64,000 bases of DNA from NCBI GenBank assembly GCA_964016885.1, contig CAXHJY010001028.1:22330-86329 (forward strand), given 5' to 3'. A program made the position numbers and the translations under genes. The notes beneath the pieces were generated by a model. That model saw nothing but the letters and a program-made list of their open reading frames with translations. It did not search any database and was not told the DNA's origin. Of this stretch, positions 1 to 13,565 are shown piece by piece. How positions within the stretch are numbered: the first letter of the stretch is position 1; each line of letters begins with the position of its first letter. This DNA comes from Eledone cirrhosa. Its lineage: Eukaryota.

Positions 1-379
1 TAGAAGTTTCCAGCAACATCGAGCAGTTTCCAAGTTCTTACAACTAATTACATTAAGTCAGGCTTACACAAAAGTCTGGGTCGCGAAACTTCAGGGGGTC
101 GTGTTTAAAACTTTACACGGAGGTCGTGATGAATTCTCTCCGTGTTAAATATTCTGGGAGTTGTACAAGTTTCTCTTTTAGTGCCAGGGGCCTGCATGCC
201 CGACTAACCTACACCTTAGTGACATGTTCACCTTTCCCCATCCACCCGATCTACTTAACTTCCTTAACCATATCCCAGCCCTTTATATTATCATGATATA
301 TCTAACGTCGCTATAATGACTTCAATGAAACATCTGTATCCGAACTCTCTGTCTGGTACATAGAAACAGAGGGAGTGAG

Positions 380-472
<93 letters not shown>

Positions 473-621
473 TACTATTTATGACGAGACAGGTACTATT
501 TTTTGTTTTATCAACTTGGAAAGCATGAATGGCAAAGTTGACCTCGCTGGGATTTGAACTCAGAGAACAGAGAACAGATACTACAAAGGCTTTGTTGTAC
601 CTACAACTTAATCGAGCATAT

Positions 622-653
<32 letters not shown>

Positions 654-685
654 TATATATATATATTATATATGTATATATATAT

Positions 686-723
<38 letters not shown>

Positions 724-1248
724 TGTGTGTGTATGTTGTGTGTGTTGTGTGTATGTGTATGTGTGTGTATACACATCTAGGTAGATGGGAATATTGTTGC
801 ATGTGTGGTGTGTGGGGTGAAGGGAGAGATGAAGAAAGAGTAAGTGTAAAGGAGGGAAAGAAAGGGAGAGAAAGAGTGAGGGAAAGGGAGAAATACATCG
901 ACTGTGTGTGAGAAATACAGAGACCGGAAATAGAATTGTTAAAACAGATCATGCTTAACTTCCGGGTGTCTTCATTTCCTCTTGGTTGACGTTGTGACAA
1001 TAATAATATTAATTAGGGTAAACAACAACAATATCAGCAACAACAAAATCTGCAATAATATCAACAACAACACCAACAGCAACAATAACAACAACACCAA
1101 CAACAATAACGATAACAGGAACAACAACCATAACAACAATATCGAACAAAACAGAACGCAAGAAATATATTAGACCAATCCGTGAGAGTCTTTAACAAAA
1201 GGACTTCTCACGTGACCTATACTAGAATACATTGGAATCAACCATATA

Positions 1249-1311
<63 letters not shown>

Positions 1312-1313
<2 letters not shown>

Positions 1314-1922
1314 GTCAGGTCACCAGTTGGTGCTACTGGTAACATGTATCCCAGTACAACCTGTCCCATGGTCGGGTCGTTGGCGACTAAACTGGCAACC
1401 CCACCAAGGTTTCTTGGTGAGGAGGGTGACTTTGGACATCCTGCAGGACTAAAAACAAGACCTGTCAAAGGGCAAAGGAGCTCTTAAGAGTCAATGGCCA
1501 TTCCAAAATCACCGGGAGAGATGACCCCTTAGCCTTTGTCAAGGCAGAATTCTAGGAGAAGGAAAACTCTGATATAACACCTGCAACTCTGATGGTATCC
1601 AATGATGTTGACTTGTTCTTCTTTTTGGTAAATATCATCTTGGTTAAGAGAGTGGGACTGGCTTTGTGCAGTGCCTTTGCTCACTATAAAAGCTTCACGG
1701 CACAGGCATTGCTTTATATCTGGAGATCTCTCTGCACTTGTCGTCACAGGGTACCATGGCCCCAGCACTATGTGTCAATATTTGTCACAAGTGTAGTGTT
1801 TGTACCAGAGTTTTCAAGTCGCTGGCTGGACTAAAAGGTCACACTCGTTCACTGCATCGGTAGGGGTTCTCCTATATGGATATAAAGTAGTGGCCGTACT
1901 CGAAAACGAGTTGGCAGCCACC

Positions 1923-1924
<2 letters not shown>
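1312..1924 (+). mobile_element. About 610-bp non-coding interspersed repeat, copy 1
   Basis: Highly similar to 21583-22194 and to 35780-36186 (reverse); flanked by (TA)n. Confidence 0.85.
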
Positions 1925-2003
<79 letters not shown>

Positions 2004-2036
2004 ATATATATATATATGTGGGTGTATATATATATA

Positions 2037-2077
<41 letters not shown>

Positions 2078-2111
2078 ATATATAAATGAAAGTATATATA
2101 TATATATATAG

Positions 2112-2290
2112 GAAATTTCCCTGTGGTCCTTCAGGGTAAAGTGCGGGGTCTTTACCCTTAAAGGTTCAGTTCTGTCATCTAGTTTAAGGGACTTTGCTAT
2201 CTCTTTTCCAACTACATTCGTCTCAGTCAGAGCCATCTATTTCACCTTTTTGTAAGTGGTCGTGATTGCATTTTTGCCCAGGTAAGTCCA
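2112..2290 (-). pseudogene. Fragment of a second, diverged Naiad-like PLE reverse transcriptase
   Basis: [50 protein letters not shown] aligns with KELRKNYKK...KKLNIEDRTEPLALKRPHFNLKDH of the intact ORF; in-frame stop. Confidence 0.8.
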
Positions 2291-2384
2291 CCTCATATAC
2301 GTTTTTGGTTTTATCAGAGGGGACATGGCGATTGGGGGAACTTTTCATATATACATATTAAATTTAAGCCAACAGATATTTTCA

Positions 2385-2635
2385 GTAATGGAAAGACCAA
2401 TGGAAACATTGTATCCTTGGTCAGATCTAATGATCTGCTCCTTTCTTCTGCCAGGAGTTATGACTGACAGATAGTATGAGTAATAGAAAGACCAATGGAA
2501 ATAATGATTCCTTGGTCAGATCTGATGATCTGCTCCTTTCTTCTGCCAGGAGTTATGACTGACAGATAGTATGAGTAATAGAAAGACCAATGGAAATAAT
2601 GATTCCTTGGTCAGATCTGATGATCAGCTCCTTTT
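2385..2635. repeat. 95-bp tandem repeat, about 2.6 copies
   Basis: gaaagaccaatggaaa at 2391, 2486 and 2581. Confidence 0.85.
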
Positions 2636-3366
2636 TCCCAATTTATTTTGATTGTAACATGAGGGAGGTTTGGCTACTATTTCTGTTGTTGTTGTTGTCA
2701 TCGTTATTATGTCTGGCCTCTACTTCTCTTTTCTTCCTCTCTTTCTTTGTTGTTGTTGTTGTAGGTGGTGGTGGTGGTGGTAGTGGTGTGGTGGTGGTAG
2801 TGGTGGTGGCGGTAGTGTTGTAGTGGTTGGTGGTGTTGGTGTTGTTGTTGTTGGTGGTGGTGTAGTTGGTGGTACTGAAATAAGAGTGTAGGTGTGGTGT
2901 GGAGGATACTGATAAGATTTGACAGTTCTATAGAGTGAAATATACAGATGAGGAGAGGGTGGCTGGGGGGGGGGGTATAGAAGGGGTGGGGGAGGGTATA
3001 AAGTAGATGTACAGGTTTCACTAACAACCTACATTCTGTAACTGTTATTCCCCAACACCTTCCATCTACATCCCCCACCGCCACCACCACCACCACCACC
3101 ACTACCACCATCACTTCCACTATCACTACCACCGCCACTACCACCGCCACCACCACCACCACTAACACCACCACCACCACCGCCGCCACTACCACCACTA
3201 CCACCACTACCACTGCCACTAACACCACCACCACCACCACCACCACCCACCACCACCACCACTATGAATTGTCTTTAAAACCTCAGATAGAGACTTCGTT
3301 GTATTTTTTTCCAGCTCTCTCTGTTTTGAGTTCAAATCCCACTGAGGTCTGTGTTGTACCTCTTGC

Positions 3367-3439
<73 letters not shown>

Positions 3440-3544
3440 GGTGGTGCTGGTGGTGTTGGTGTTGCTGTTGTTGTTGTTGCTGTTTTCTGGACCAAAAATA
3501 GCCGTCGAAAGGGCTTGAGTTCTGCCGTCGGGGTCATACTTTTT

Positions 3545-3580
<36 letters not shown>

Positions 3581-3584
<4 letters not shown>

Positions 3585-3772
3585 AATATAGATGAGATTC
3601 TACAGGACTAGAACTGTTTCATTCTTTAGAAATCATCAGGAATCTGATGATTTCTAATGAATGAAACAGTTCTAGTCCTGTAGAATCTCATCTATATTAA
3701 AACTTTTATACTCTGCTATGTATTGAGTACCTTACTTACTGTGGTTACCTCCGATTCAACCCGGAATAACGT
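3581..3772. mobile_element. Fold-back non-autonomous hammerhead element (family A) between (TA)n tracts
   Basis: Inverted arms 3581-3639 / 3644-3702 plus a 3' extension. Related copies at 3966-4013, 17922-18047, 18310-18433 and 28201-28248. Confidence 0.75.
3596..3644 (-). ncRNA. Type I hammerhead ribozyme (family A) in the left arm of a palindrome
   Basis: Minus strand reads gattc-CUGAUGA-tttctaaagaat-GAAA-cag ttctagtc ctg-UA-gaatc. 5-bp stem I, GUA site, weak stem II closed by U.U. Confidence 0.75.
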
Positions 3773-3905
3773 ATATATATATATATATATATAGTAGAAT
3801 AATCGAGTATCGAAAAATCGGCGCACGAGTTCACGATAAACAAAATTCGATATATATATATATATATATAGGAAAAAGTATGACCCCGACGACAGAACTC
3901 AAGCC

Positions 3906-3969
<64 letters not shown>

Positions 3970-4561
3970 GGCTTCTACAGGACTAGAACTGTTTCATTCG
4001 GTAGAAATCATCATATCTACTATATAAATTGGAAGTGGTCGGACGTTGTATATTTAAGTAAGTAGGTGTAGTTGGATAAACGTCGAAACGGCTTGGTGGA
4101 ATGCACCGAAAATTTACACAGTTATGCAGAATGACCCGAGGAGGCGTTGGGTCGACTTTTAGGGTACAAGCTTCCATGGTTACGGAGAAAATCGATGAAA
4201 CAGGAATTTCCCATTCAAATTGAACTGAGAGTAATTTGTGAATGCAGAAGTAAATATTTCGAGAAATGTTGCAACCGAAGGAAAACAGGAAGGCGATATT
4301 TTGATTCTGGAGCGATAAGAACAATTTCATGCAAAGACAAGACCAAGTTTATGGTATAAATGGAGTCGTTAGACTAATATTCTATTTAACATAACAGAAT
4401 GATTTCCAGCACCGGAGTTTAAGAGTGATGTAAATAAAATTGAAAACGAAAATGACAGAGGTTATTAAAATAGTAAAAGTAAATAGTGAAGATTTAGGCC
4501 AGTACATACGTATGCCCCGACGGACATACACATACATACGCACACACAAATACATACCCCC

Positions 4562-4681
<120 letters not shown>

Positions 4682-4689
4682 CGCGCGCG

Positions 4690-5124
4690 TGTATAAACCT
4701 TATGCATTTTTCACCAAACTGAAGACATAGGTTACTTATGTACTCCGGATGTTCATGGGCACTTTCATTTTTCCAGATATTGATTATAGGGCCTCCCGGC
4801 AGATAACCCCTTTAACCACTTTAACCACTTCCTTGGAGTCGACTGAAGCACTGCAGTGCAATGCAACAAAACGTCATAACTTCTGGAGTTCGCAACTAAT
4901 TTTCACAAAACTTGACACATGGGCTACGTTTGTCCTACAGATGAATGTGAACTCTCAGAATTGGCACATATTGAGTAGAGGGCCCCTGGGGGCAGGAACC
5001 CTCTTTTGGAAAAAGCCGATGATTTTGTAAAAAGTATAGTTTTCGAAGTAGCACTGAAGTATTGACATAAATGGTATACACAACTGCTATTTAATACTCG
5101 AGCAACGCCGGGTACCTCTGCTAG
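4690..5124 (+). mobile_element. Non-autonomous Helitron-like element (3' end supported, 5' boundary approximate)
   Basis: Subterminal hairpin actcgagcaacgccgggt followed by CTAG|T at 5121-5125. Confidence 0.55.
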
Positions 5125-5498
5125 TATATATATATATATATATACAAGTGTGTGTGTGTAGGGTGTGCGCGTGTATATGTGTGTGTGTTTGTATAGGTGT
5201 TTGTATATGTGTATGTGTATATGTATGTGTGTGTATGTGTATATTATGTATGTGTGTGTATGTATATGTGTATGTGTGTATGTATATATGTATGTATAAG
5301 GTGTATATATGCCTGTGTATATACAGTGACGTAACTGCACTGCCCAAGGCGGTCCCCTAGTTTACCGTAGTCCCCTCCTCCCGTAGACACAATACAGGAG
5401 AGGAAAGTGACACCCCGCCTACCAAAGTTGCTGCCCGGGGCGCAGGCCCCACTCCTCCACCTCCTCTGTTTATATGTTAAACACCTCTATATGGTGTG

Positions 5499-6600
<1,102 letters not shown>

Positions 6601-6681
6601 ACACATGTGTCTAAAGTGCTGATTAAAAATGGCAGTCATTGTTTCTGGTTTTACGCTGAGGCGCAAACCAGAACTCCTTCG

Positions 6682-6713
<32 letters not shown>

Positions 6714-7729
6714 CACTACCACTGCCACTGCCACTACCACCACCACCACCACCACCACCACTACCACTACTATCACCACTGCTACTACCACCACCACTAC
6801 TACCACTACCACTAACACTACCACTGCCACTACCACCACCACCACCACCACTACTACCACTGCCACTACCACCACCACCACCACCACCACTACTACCACT
6901 ATCACTACTACTACCACTGCCACTACCAACACCACTACTACCACTACTACCACTACTACCACTACTACCACTGCCACTACCACCACCACCACCACCACCA
7001 CTACTACCACTACTACCACTACTACCACTGCCACTACCACCACAACCACCACCCCCACCACCACTACTACCACTACCACCACTACTACCACTGCCACTAC
7101 CACCACAACCACCACCCCCACCACCACTACTACCACTACCACCACTACTACCACTGCCACTACCACCACAACCACCACCCCCACCACCACTACTACCACT
7201 ACCACCACTACTACCACTGCCACTACCACCACAACCACCACCCCCACCACCACTACTACCACTACCACCACTACTACCACTGCCACTACCACCACCACCA
7301 CCACCACCACTACTACCACTACCACCACTACTACCACTGCCACCACCACCACCACCACCACCACTACTACCACTACCACCACTACTACCACTGCCACTAC
7401 CACCACAACCACCACCCCCACCACCACTACTACCACTACTACCACTACTACTACTACCACTACTACCACCACAACCACCACCACCACCACCACCACTACT
7501 ACCACTACCACCACTACTACCACTGCCACTACCACCACCACCACCACCACCACTACTACCACCACTACTACCACTGCCACTACCACCACCACCACCACCA
7601 CCACTACTACCACTACCACCACTACTACCACTGCCACTACCACCACCACCACCACTACTACCACTATCACTACTACTACCACTGCCACTACCAACACCAC
7701 TACTACCACCACAACCACCACCACCACCA
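6682..7729. repeat. (ACC/ACT/GCC)n compound trinucleotide array with about 63-bp higher-order period
   Basis: Direct inspection; recurring acaaccaccacccccacc marker. Confidence 0.9.
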
Positions 7730-8083
7730 TGGTTTATGCTTTTTGTTTCCTCTCTAATCCCAAAGGTGTCGCTGTGTGGCACAGACTCAGAAATAATTAT
7801 TTGTAATGTCTCCCTCTCTCTCTCTCTCTCTCTCTCTCCCCCTCTCTCTCTCTCTCTCTCTCTCTCCCCCTCTCTCTCTCCCTCCCTCTCTCTCTCTTTC
7901 TCCCCCCCTCTCTCTCTCACTCTTTCCCTATCTCTCTCTCTCTCGTACGTACCCACACACATACACATACAGACCGATAGACACGCACACACAGTCGCAC
8001 AGACCCAGACAGACACACACCCACATCACACCCTATAATGTACGGTAGCAGAAAAAAAGACAAATAGTGTGACAGATATGTAT

Positions 8084-8145
<62 letters not shown>

Positions 8146-8249
8146 TGTGTGTGTGTGAGTGAGTGAGTGAGTGAGTGAGTGAGTGAGTGAGTGAGTGAGT
8201 GATTGAATGAGGGAGGGAGAGAGAGAGAGATAGATAGAGAGAGAGAGAG

Positions 8250-8284
<35 letters not shown>

Positions 8285-8366
8285 AGGAAGGGGATGAAAA
8301 TGGCCAGCTTGGAATATTTATTTACTGCTAAATACATCAAAATATGATGAATTGAAGAGAATGGGA

Positions 8367-8406
<40 letters not shown>

Positions 8407-8681
8407 GTGTGTGTGTGTGTGTGTATATATATGTGTGTATGTATGTGTGTGTGTATATGTGTCTATATATGTGTATGTGTGTGTCTATATATGTGTGTGT
8501 GTGTGTATGTGTCTATATATGTGTTAAGTGATATAACAATATTTAAAGATGATAATATTTATAATATAAATAAATATGATAAATGGGAAGAAAAAGAGCA
8601 ACAACAATGACATCAACAACAACAACAGCAAGGAAGATCAAGACCGTGTATATATAGATATATAAACACACACACACACGG

Positions 8682-8719
<38 letters not shown>

Positions 8720-9321
8720 TTATGGCCCCAGCTTCTTTATGCTATGGTTAATGCTTTCCCACAGTTTATAGGGAAATAACTATTTTAGAAATAGCTAGAG
8801 GTCCGTGCTTTACTGTGTGGCTAAGACATTCGCAACCACGTAGTTCAGCATTCAGTCTCACTGTGCAGCACTTTGAGCACGTGTCCTTTAATGATTGACT
8901 AATTCCATTTGAATGGAAGCTGATAGACGATAAATGTGTCGGTCTTTATAGAGATGACTGGTTAGTCGAACGGTGAAGCCATGAATAGTTCTAAGAAGAA
9001 TTTAACCGGAAACTTTAAGCTATTTGGCCTCGACCATAACTATCAGCAATAATCGAACTACAGTTAACCTTTTGAACATTACTTTAGACGGCAAGAGAGT
9101 TAACTATCACCCTTACAAAAACCCTAATGAGGAAACACGTGGTGTATTTGGACTCAGAGTGCAGAGAGTCTGAATAAATACCGCAAGGCATTCTATCTGA
9201 CATTCTAACGACTCTGCCAATTCGCCGTTTATAAAGTGTGGTAGGATTCGTAAACAAACAATTCTTGTACATATTTTTGTATCTATGTTTGCACGAGTCT
9301 ATACAATATATATATATATAT

Positions 9322-9372
<51 letters not shown>

Positions 9373-9622
9373 GTTAGAGGCGTGCTATATATAAATACAC
9401 ATATTCTTATCTTCGTGTATTTAGGCTCGTTTTGAAATACGGCTCGCGTAATGTTTATATTTGCCTGCATATTTGGCAGATGTCTTTGTACACCTAAAGA
9501 AATACACTTTCACCTAGCTTCACATTAGCAGTGACATCTACATACAGCATTGTTTCATACACGCATACACATAGGAATACACTCACACACACACACATAT
9601 ATGTATATATATATGTATATAC

Positions 9623-9713
<91 letters not shown>

Positions 9714-9755
9714 TGTGTGTGTAGTGTTGATGGTATCAGAGCCTTGGGACATATC

Positions 9756-9822
<67 letters not shown>

Positions 9823-9864
9823 TGTGTGTGTAGTGTTGATGGTATCAGAGCCTTGGGACATATC

Positions 9865-9917
<53 letters not shown>

Positions 9918-9971
9918 TTCATATATATTCATATATATTCATATTTATATATAAATATGAATATATATGAA

Positions 9972-10013
<42 letters not shown>

Positions 10014-10080
10014 ATGTCCCAAGGCTCTGATACCATCAACACTATAAACACAGAGCTGGAATACCTAAGAACTGACTAAC

Positions 10081-10132
10081 TGCCTGATGAGGTCATAGTC
10101 ATTCAATGGCTATCATCGAAATATATATAGTA
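10081..10132 (+). ncRNA. Minimal type I hammerhead ribozyme in a short TA-flanked element (about 10010-10176)
   Basis: tgc-CUGAUGA-ggtcatagtca ttcaa tggctatcatc-GAAA-tatata-UA-gta. Good stem II, palindromic stem III, but only 3 bp of stem I. Confidence 0.7.
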
Positions 10133-10545
10133 AATAAAGGATTATGAGTTCATGCAATTGACTTATGTTTCGTCACATATATATATATATATAAATAATG
10201 AACTTTTTTTGTTTAATATAAGGAATTGTTTATTCATTATTTGTTTAATATTTTATCTTGACTCTGTATACCGTTTATCTTTCACCGAAAGTGGATTTTC
10301 ATTACATCTCTTCTTTCCATGATATCCGGAATACATTGAGTTCTTCATACGGATTGGACACTACCGTAAACTCTTGGTAGATTTATCTACATAATTTTGC
10401 TCCTATTTTCACGGAAATATTCGTATTTTTGTACTGTATATGTGTATTAATTTTATATTTATGTATAAACATATATATATGTATGATTTTGTAAACCCAT
10501 ATACATTTAGTTGAGCTCTTTCAATTGTCCATCATCCATATCACA

Positions 10546-12987
10546 ATGGAAAAACAATATTTAGGAACCTCCTTAAAAAACATACCAATACCTTCTAAGG
10601 ACGACTTCTTACTCCTTATGATTCAGAAAACTAATAATTTTATCAGAAGGGTTAGATGGAGAGCCTACCACTTCGATAGAAAATCTAAACAAGCAGATCG
10701 GAAATATATGTATGATTTCAATACTTACAAGAATCCACCACACAACTTTTTACTTGAAGACTTCGAGAAAGACCTTTTTAATTTAATTAAACACCTCAAA
10801 TTTAAAAAGTATAAATCCGTCTTTCAAAAGGACCTTGATTCTACCCTATTGGACCTAAAAAAGTCTAAAAAAATCCATGTCCACTCGGACAAAACTGGTA
10901 ACTTGTATCATATGGATATTGAACATTATAATGAGTTCATATATAAAGAACTCAGAAAAAATTATAAAAAATCTAATAATGTGTCACTCACCAACATCAA
11001 CAACAAAACACACAACATAGTAAAAAAACTAAACATTGAAGATAGAACTGAACCTTTGGCATTGAAAAGACCACACTTCAACCTGAAAGATCACAAATCT
11101 AACTTTAACTCTAATCCTTCTATTAGACTTATATGTCCCTCCAAATCAGATATTGGAATAATTAGCAAAAAAATTTTAGATAGAGTCATCCCACAAATAA
11201 GAAAACACGTTATTTTACCACTCTGGGAAAACACCTCCCAGGTAATTAACTGGTTTAAAAATATTAGGTGTAAATCTTCTGCTTCTTTCCTACAATTTGA
11301 TATAGATAATTACTATTCTTCTATATCACCTATACTCCTGAACAAAGCATTAATATTTGCTAAAAATAGATCTAATTTAACTTCGGATGACATTAACATT
11401 ATTACACATGCTAGACTAACACTTATTGAATTTCAGAATGAATACTGGACCAGAAACACATACAGTAATCTTTTTGATATTACTATGGGTTCAAGCGATT
11501 CCGCCCAAATTACTGATCTTGTGGGCCTCTTTCTCCTTTTCAACATAAATGCCTCTTTTCCCCACCTCAAAGGTGGTTTATATCGTGATGACTGTCTTCT
11601 TCTTTCTAACAACCTTAGCCTTTCAGAAATCGAAAAAAACAAAAAACATATTAGAACTTTCCTTAAAGACTATTATAATCTTAATATTACTTTTGAAAAA
11701 ACAAGTAAAGTAGTAAATTTCCTAGATATAACTTTAGATTTAGCTACGGGTATATACCAACCTTACCATAAACCTAACCAAAACTTACATTACATACACT
11801 CACAATCTAATCACCCTAAATCTATCCTTAAAAACCTTGCATATAATATATCACTTAGAATTTCTAACCTTTCTTCTAACCAAGATGTATTTGATAAAAA
11901 TGCGACCTTTTATAATGAAGCTCTAGATAGAAGTGGCCACAAAAATAGATTAGAGTATATACCTTCTACTAAAAATACTGAAAGCATACAGCATAATATT
12001 ACCAACAAACACCAAATGAAAAATACACACCTAAATGCCACCCACAATATACCCCAAAATACTAAATCTTCTAATATAAAGTATAGTAACCCTCAAAAAA
12101 CTACTCATCATACAACTATAATAAATATTAATAATAAAACTCCTAATAAAAAAGATAAAACACCTAAATCTACAAATATAACTAAAAATAGTTGTGGTGA
12201 GATCATTAACATTAATCCTCCTAGTAAAAATCATGATACAACCTATAAAAATAATAAAAATAATAAACAACATAGAAACCGTAATAGACGAGTTACTTGG
12301 TATAATGCTCCTTTTAATTTACAAGTTAAGGATAATATTGCTAAAAAATTTTTTTATATCCTTGAGAAAAACTTCCCGCCAAACCACAAATACCATCAAA
12401 TCTTAAATAGGTCTACAGTTAAATTCTCATACTCTACAACAAATAACATAAAACAAAATATAAGTGCATATAATGCATATAAATGTAAGAAAACCATAAG
12501 TATACCACCAGTACATCAAATTAACAATAATATCTCCTCAAATACAGAATTAACGAAAGGATGTAACTGTAGAAACAAAACAAACTGCCCATTAAAAGGG
12601 AATTGTCTTGTTAACAACATAGTCTATAAATGTAATATTAAAACTAAAGATTCTATTTGCTCATATATAGGAGCTACCTCTAACAATTTTAAGACAAGGT
12701 TTAATACCCACAAGCATAGTTTTAAAAATGCCGCACTGGCTAATACAACATCTCTAGCAGAAAAAATCAATAGTTATAAAAATAAGAATATAAAATATGA
12801 TTTGACCTGGAGTGTGCTCAAAAGAGCCACCCCTTATCAAAATAATAGAAAGGAATGTAGATTATGTTCCCAAGAACTATTTGAAATAATGAAGTCTAAG
12901 GATATCTTATTAAATAAACGACAGGAATTAATTATATCGTGTAATCATAAACTAAAAAAAACATTTAAATATTATAAACCTAATTAA
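10546..12987 (+). CDS. Penelope-like element (Naiad-like) polyprotein: reverse transcriptase + GIY-YIG endonuclease, about 813 aa from the first ATG
   Basis: Uninterrupted ORF. N-terminal SLKNIPIPS...FIRRVRWRA; SDKTGNLY; LKDHK...RLICPSK; FLQFDIDNYYSSI; FDITMGSSD; catalytic GLYRDD (YRDD at 11581-11592); NFLDITLDL...YHKPN...SNHP thumb; Asn/Lys-rich linker; CNCR..CPL..C knuckle (12562); IVY...YIG (12664) with FKTRFNTH; CRLC and LLNKRQEL...CNH C-terminus. Confidence 0.95.
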   Translation: MEKQYLGTSLKNIPIPSKDDFLLLMIQKTNNFIRRVRWRAYHFDRKSKQADRKYMYDFNTYKNPPHNFLLEDFEKDLFNLIKHLKFKKYKSVFQKDLDSTLLDLKKSKKIHVHSDKTGNLYHMDIEHYNEFIYKELRKNYKKSNNVSLTNINNKTHNIVKKLNIEDRTEPLALKRPHFNLKDHKSNFNSNPSIRLICPSKSDIGIISKKILDRVIPQIRKHVILPLWENTSQVINWFKNIRCKSSASFLQFDIDNYYSSISPILLNKALIFAKNRSNLTSDDINIITHARLTLIEFQNEYWTRNTYSNLFDITMGSSDSAQITDLVGLFLLFNINASFPHLKGGLYRDDCLLLSNNLSLSEIEKNKKHIRTFLKDYYNLNITFEKTSKVVNFLDITLDLATGIYQPYHKPNQNLHYIHSQSNHPKSILKNLAYNISLRISNLSSNQDVFDKNATFYNEALDRSGHKNRLEYIPSTKNTESIQHNITNKHQMKNTHLNATHNIPQNTKSSNIKYSNPQKTTHHTTIININNKTPNKKDKTPKSTNITKNSCGEIININPPSKNHDTTYKNNKNNKQHRNRNRRVTWYNAPFNLQVKDNIAKKFFYILEKNFPPNHKYHQILNRSTVKFSYSTTNNIKQNISAYNAYKCKKTISIPPVHQINNNISSNTELTKGCNCRNKTNCPLKGNCLVNNIVYKCNIKTKDSICSYIGATSNNFKTRFNTHKHSFKNAALANTTSLAEKINSYKNKNIKYDLTWSVLKRATPYQNNRKECRLCSQELFEIMKSKDILLNKRQELIISCNHKLKKTFKYYKPN

Positions 12988-13510
12988 TAACATTATTCTA
13001 GAAATTAATTTAATTTAAATGTTAGTTAACCTATAAATTTAATTTAATTAATATTTTATTACAGATGAGAAAATATTATGTAATCATAAATTGTGAAAAA
13101 CCTTTAAATATTACTAATATATACTTAGTAATTTAATTTATAGATTAATTTTAATTTATTTAAACCTTTTATTATAATTCTTTTACAGATAAAATATAAC
13201 AAAATAATATCATGTATCCAATGACGGAGAAATAATTTTTAGTATTATAGACCTAATTAATATACATTTTGGAAATATATTTATTATTTGGTTTTAGTTT
13301 TAATCAACCTAAAAATTTTAATTTTAATTTGCTTAAAATTAGTATCCTTATACAGACGAATTGCAGAATGTCATGTAATCATAGAATGGGATGTGTTTTG
13401 GATATATACCTAGTTAATATATTCTGTGCAATTTTTTGAAAAAGATATGTATATGTATATGTGTATGTATATGTGTGTGTTGTGTATGTGTATCTGTATG
13501 TATGTATATA

Positions 13511-13565
<55 letters not shown>

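Noticed and set aside
1529-1834. Recurrent 79-80 aa ORFs on both strands of the 610-bp repeat
   Set aside because: Their conservation reflects recent repeat copies; no recognisable domain.
2486-2635. CTGATGA and GAAA within the 95-bp tandem repeat, suggesting a retrozyme array
   Set aside because: There is a gaccaa/ttggtc hairpin after GAAA, but no UH cleavage site and no stem I.
10546-13400. Selenocysteine recoding or SECIS, as reported for some Naiad elements
   Set aside because: The ORF has no in-frame TGA and ends in TAA; no SECIS-like hairpin was recognised.
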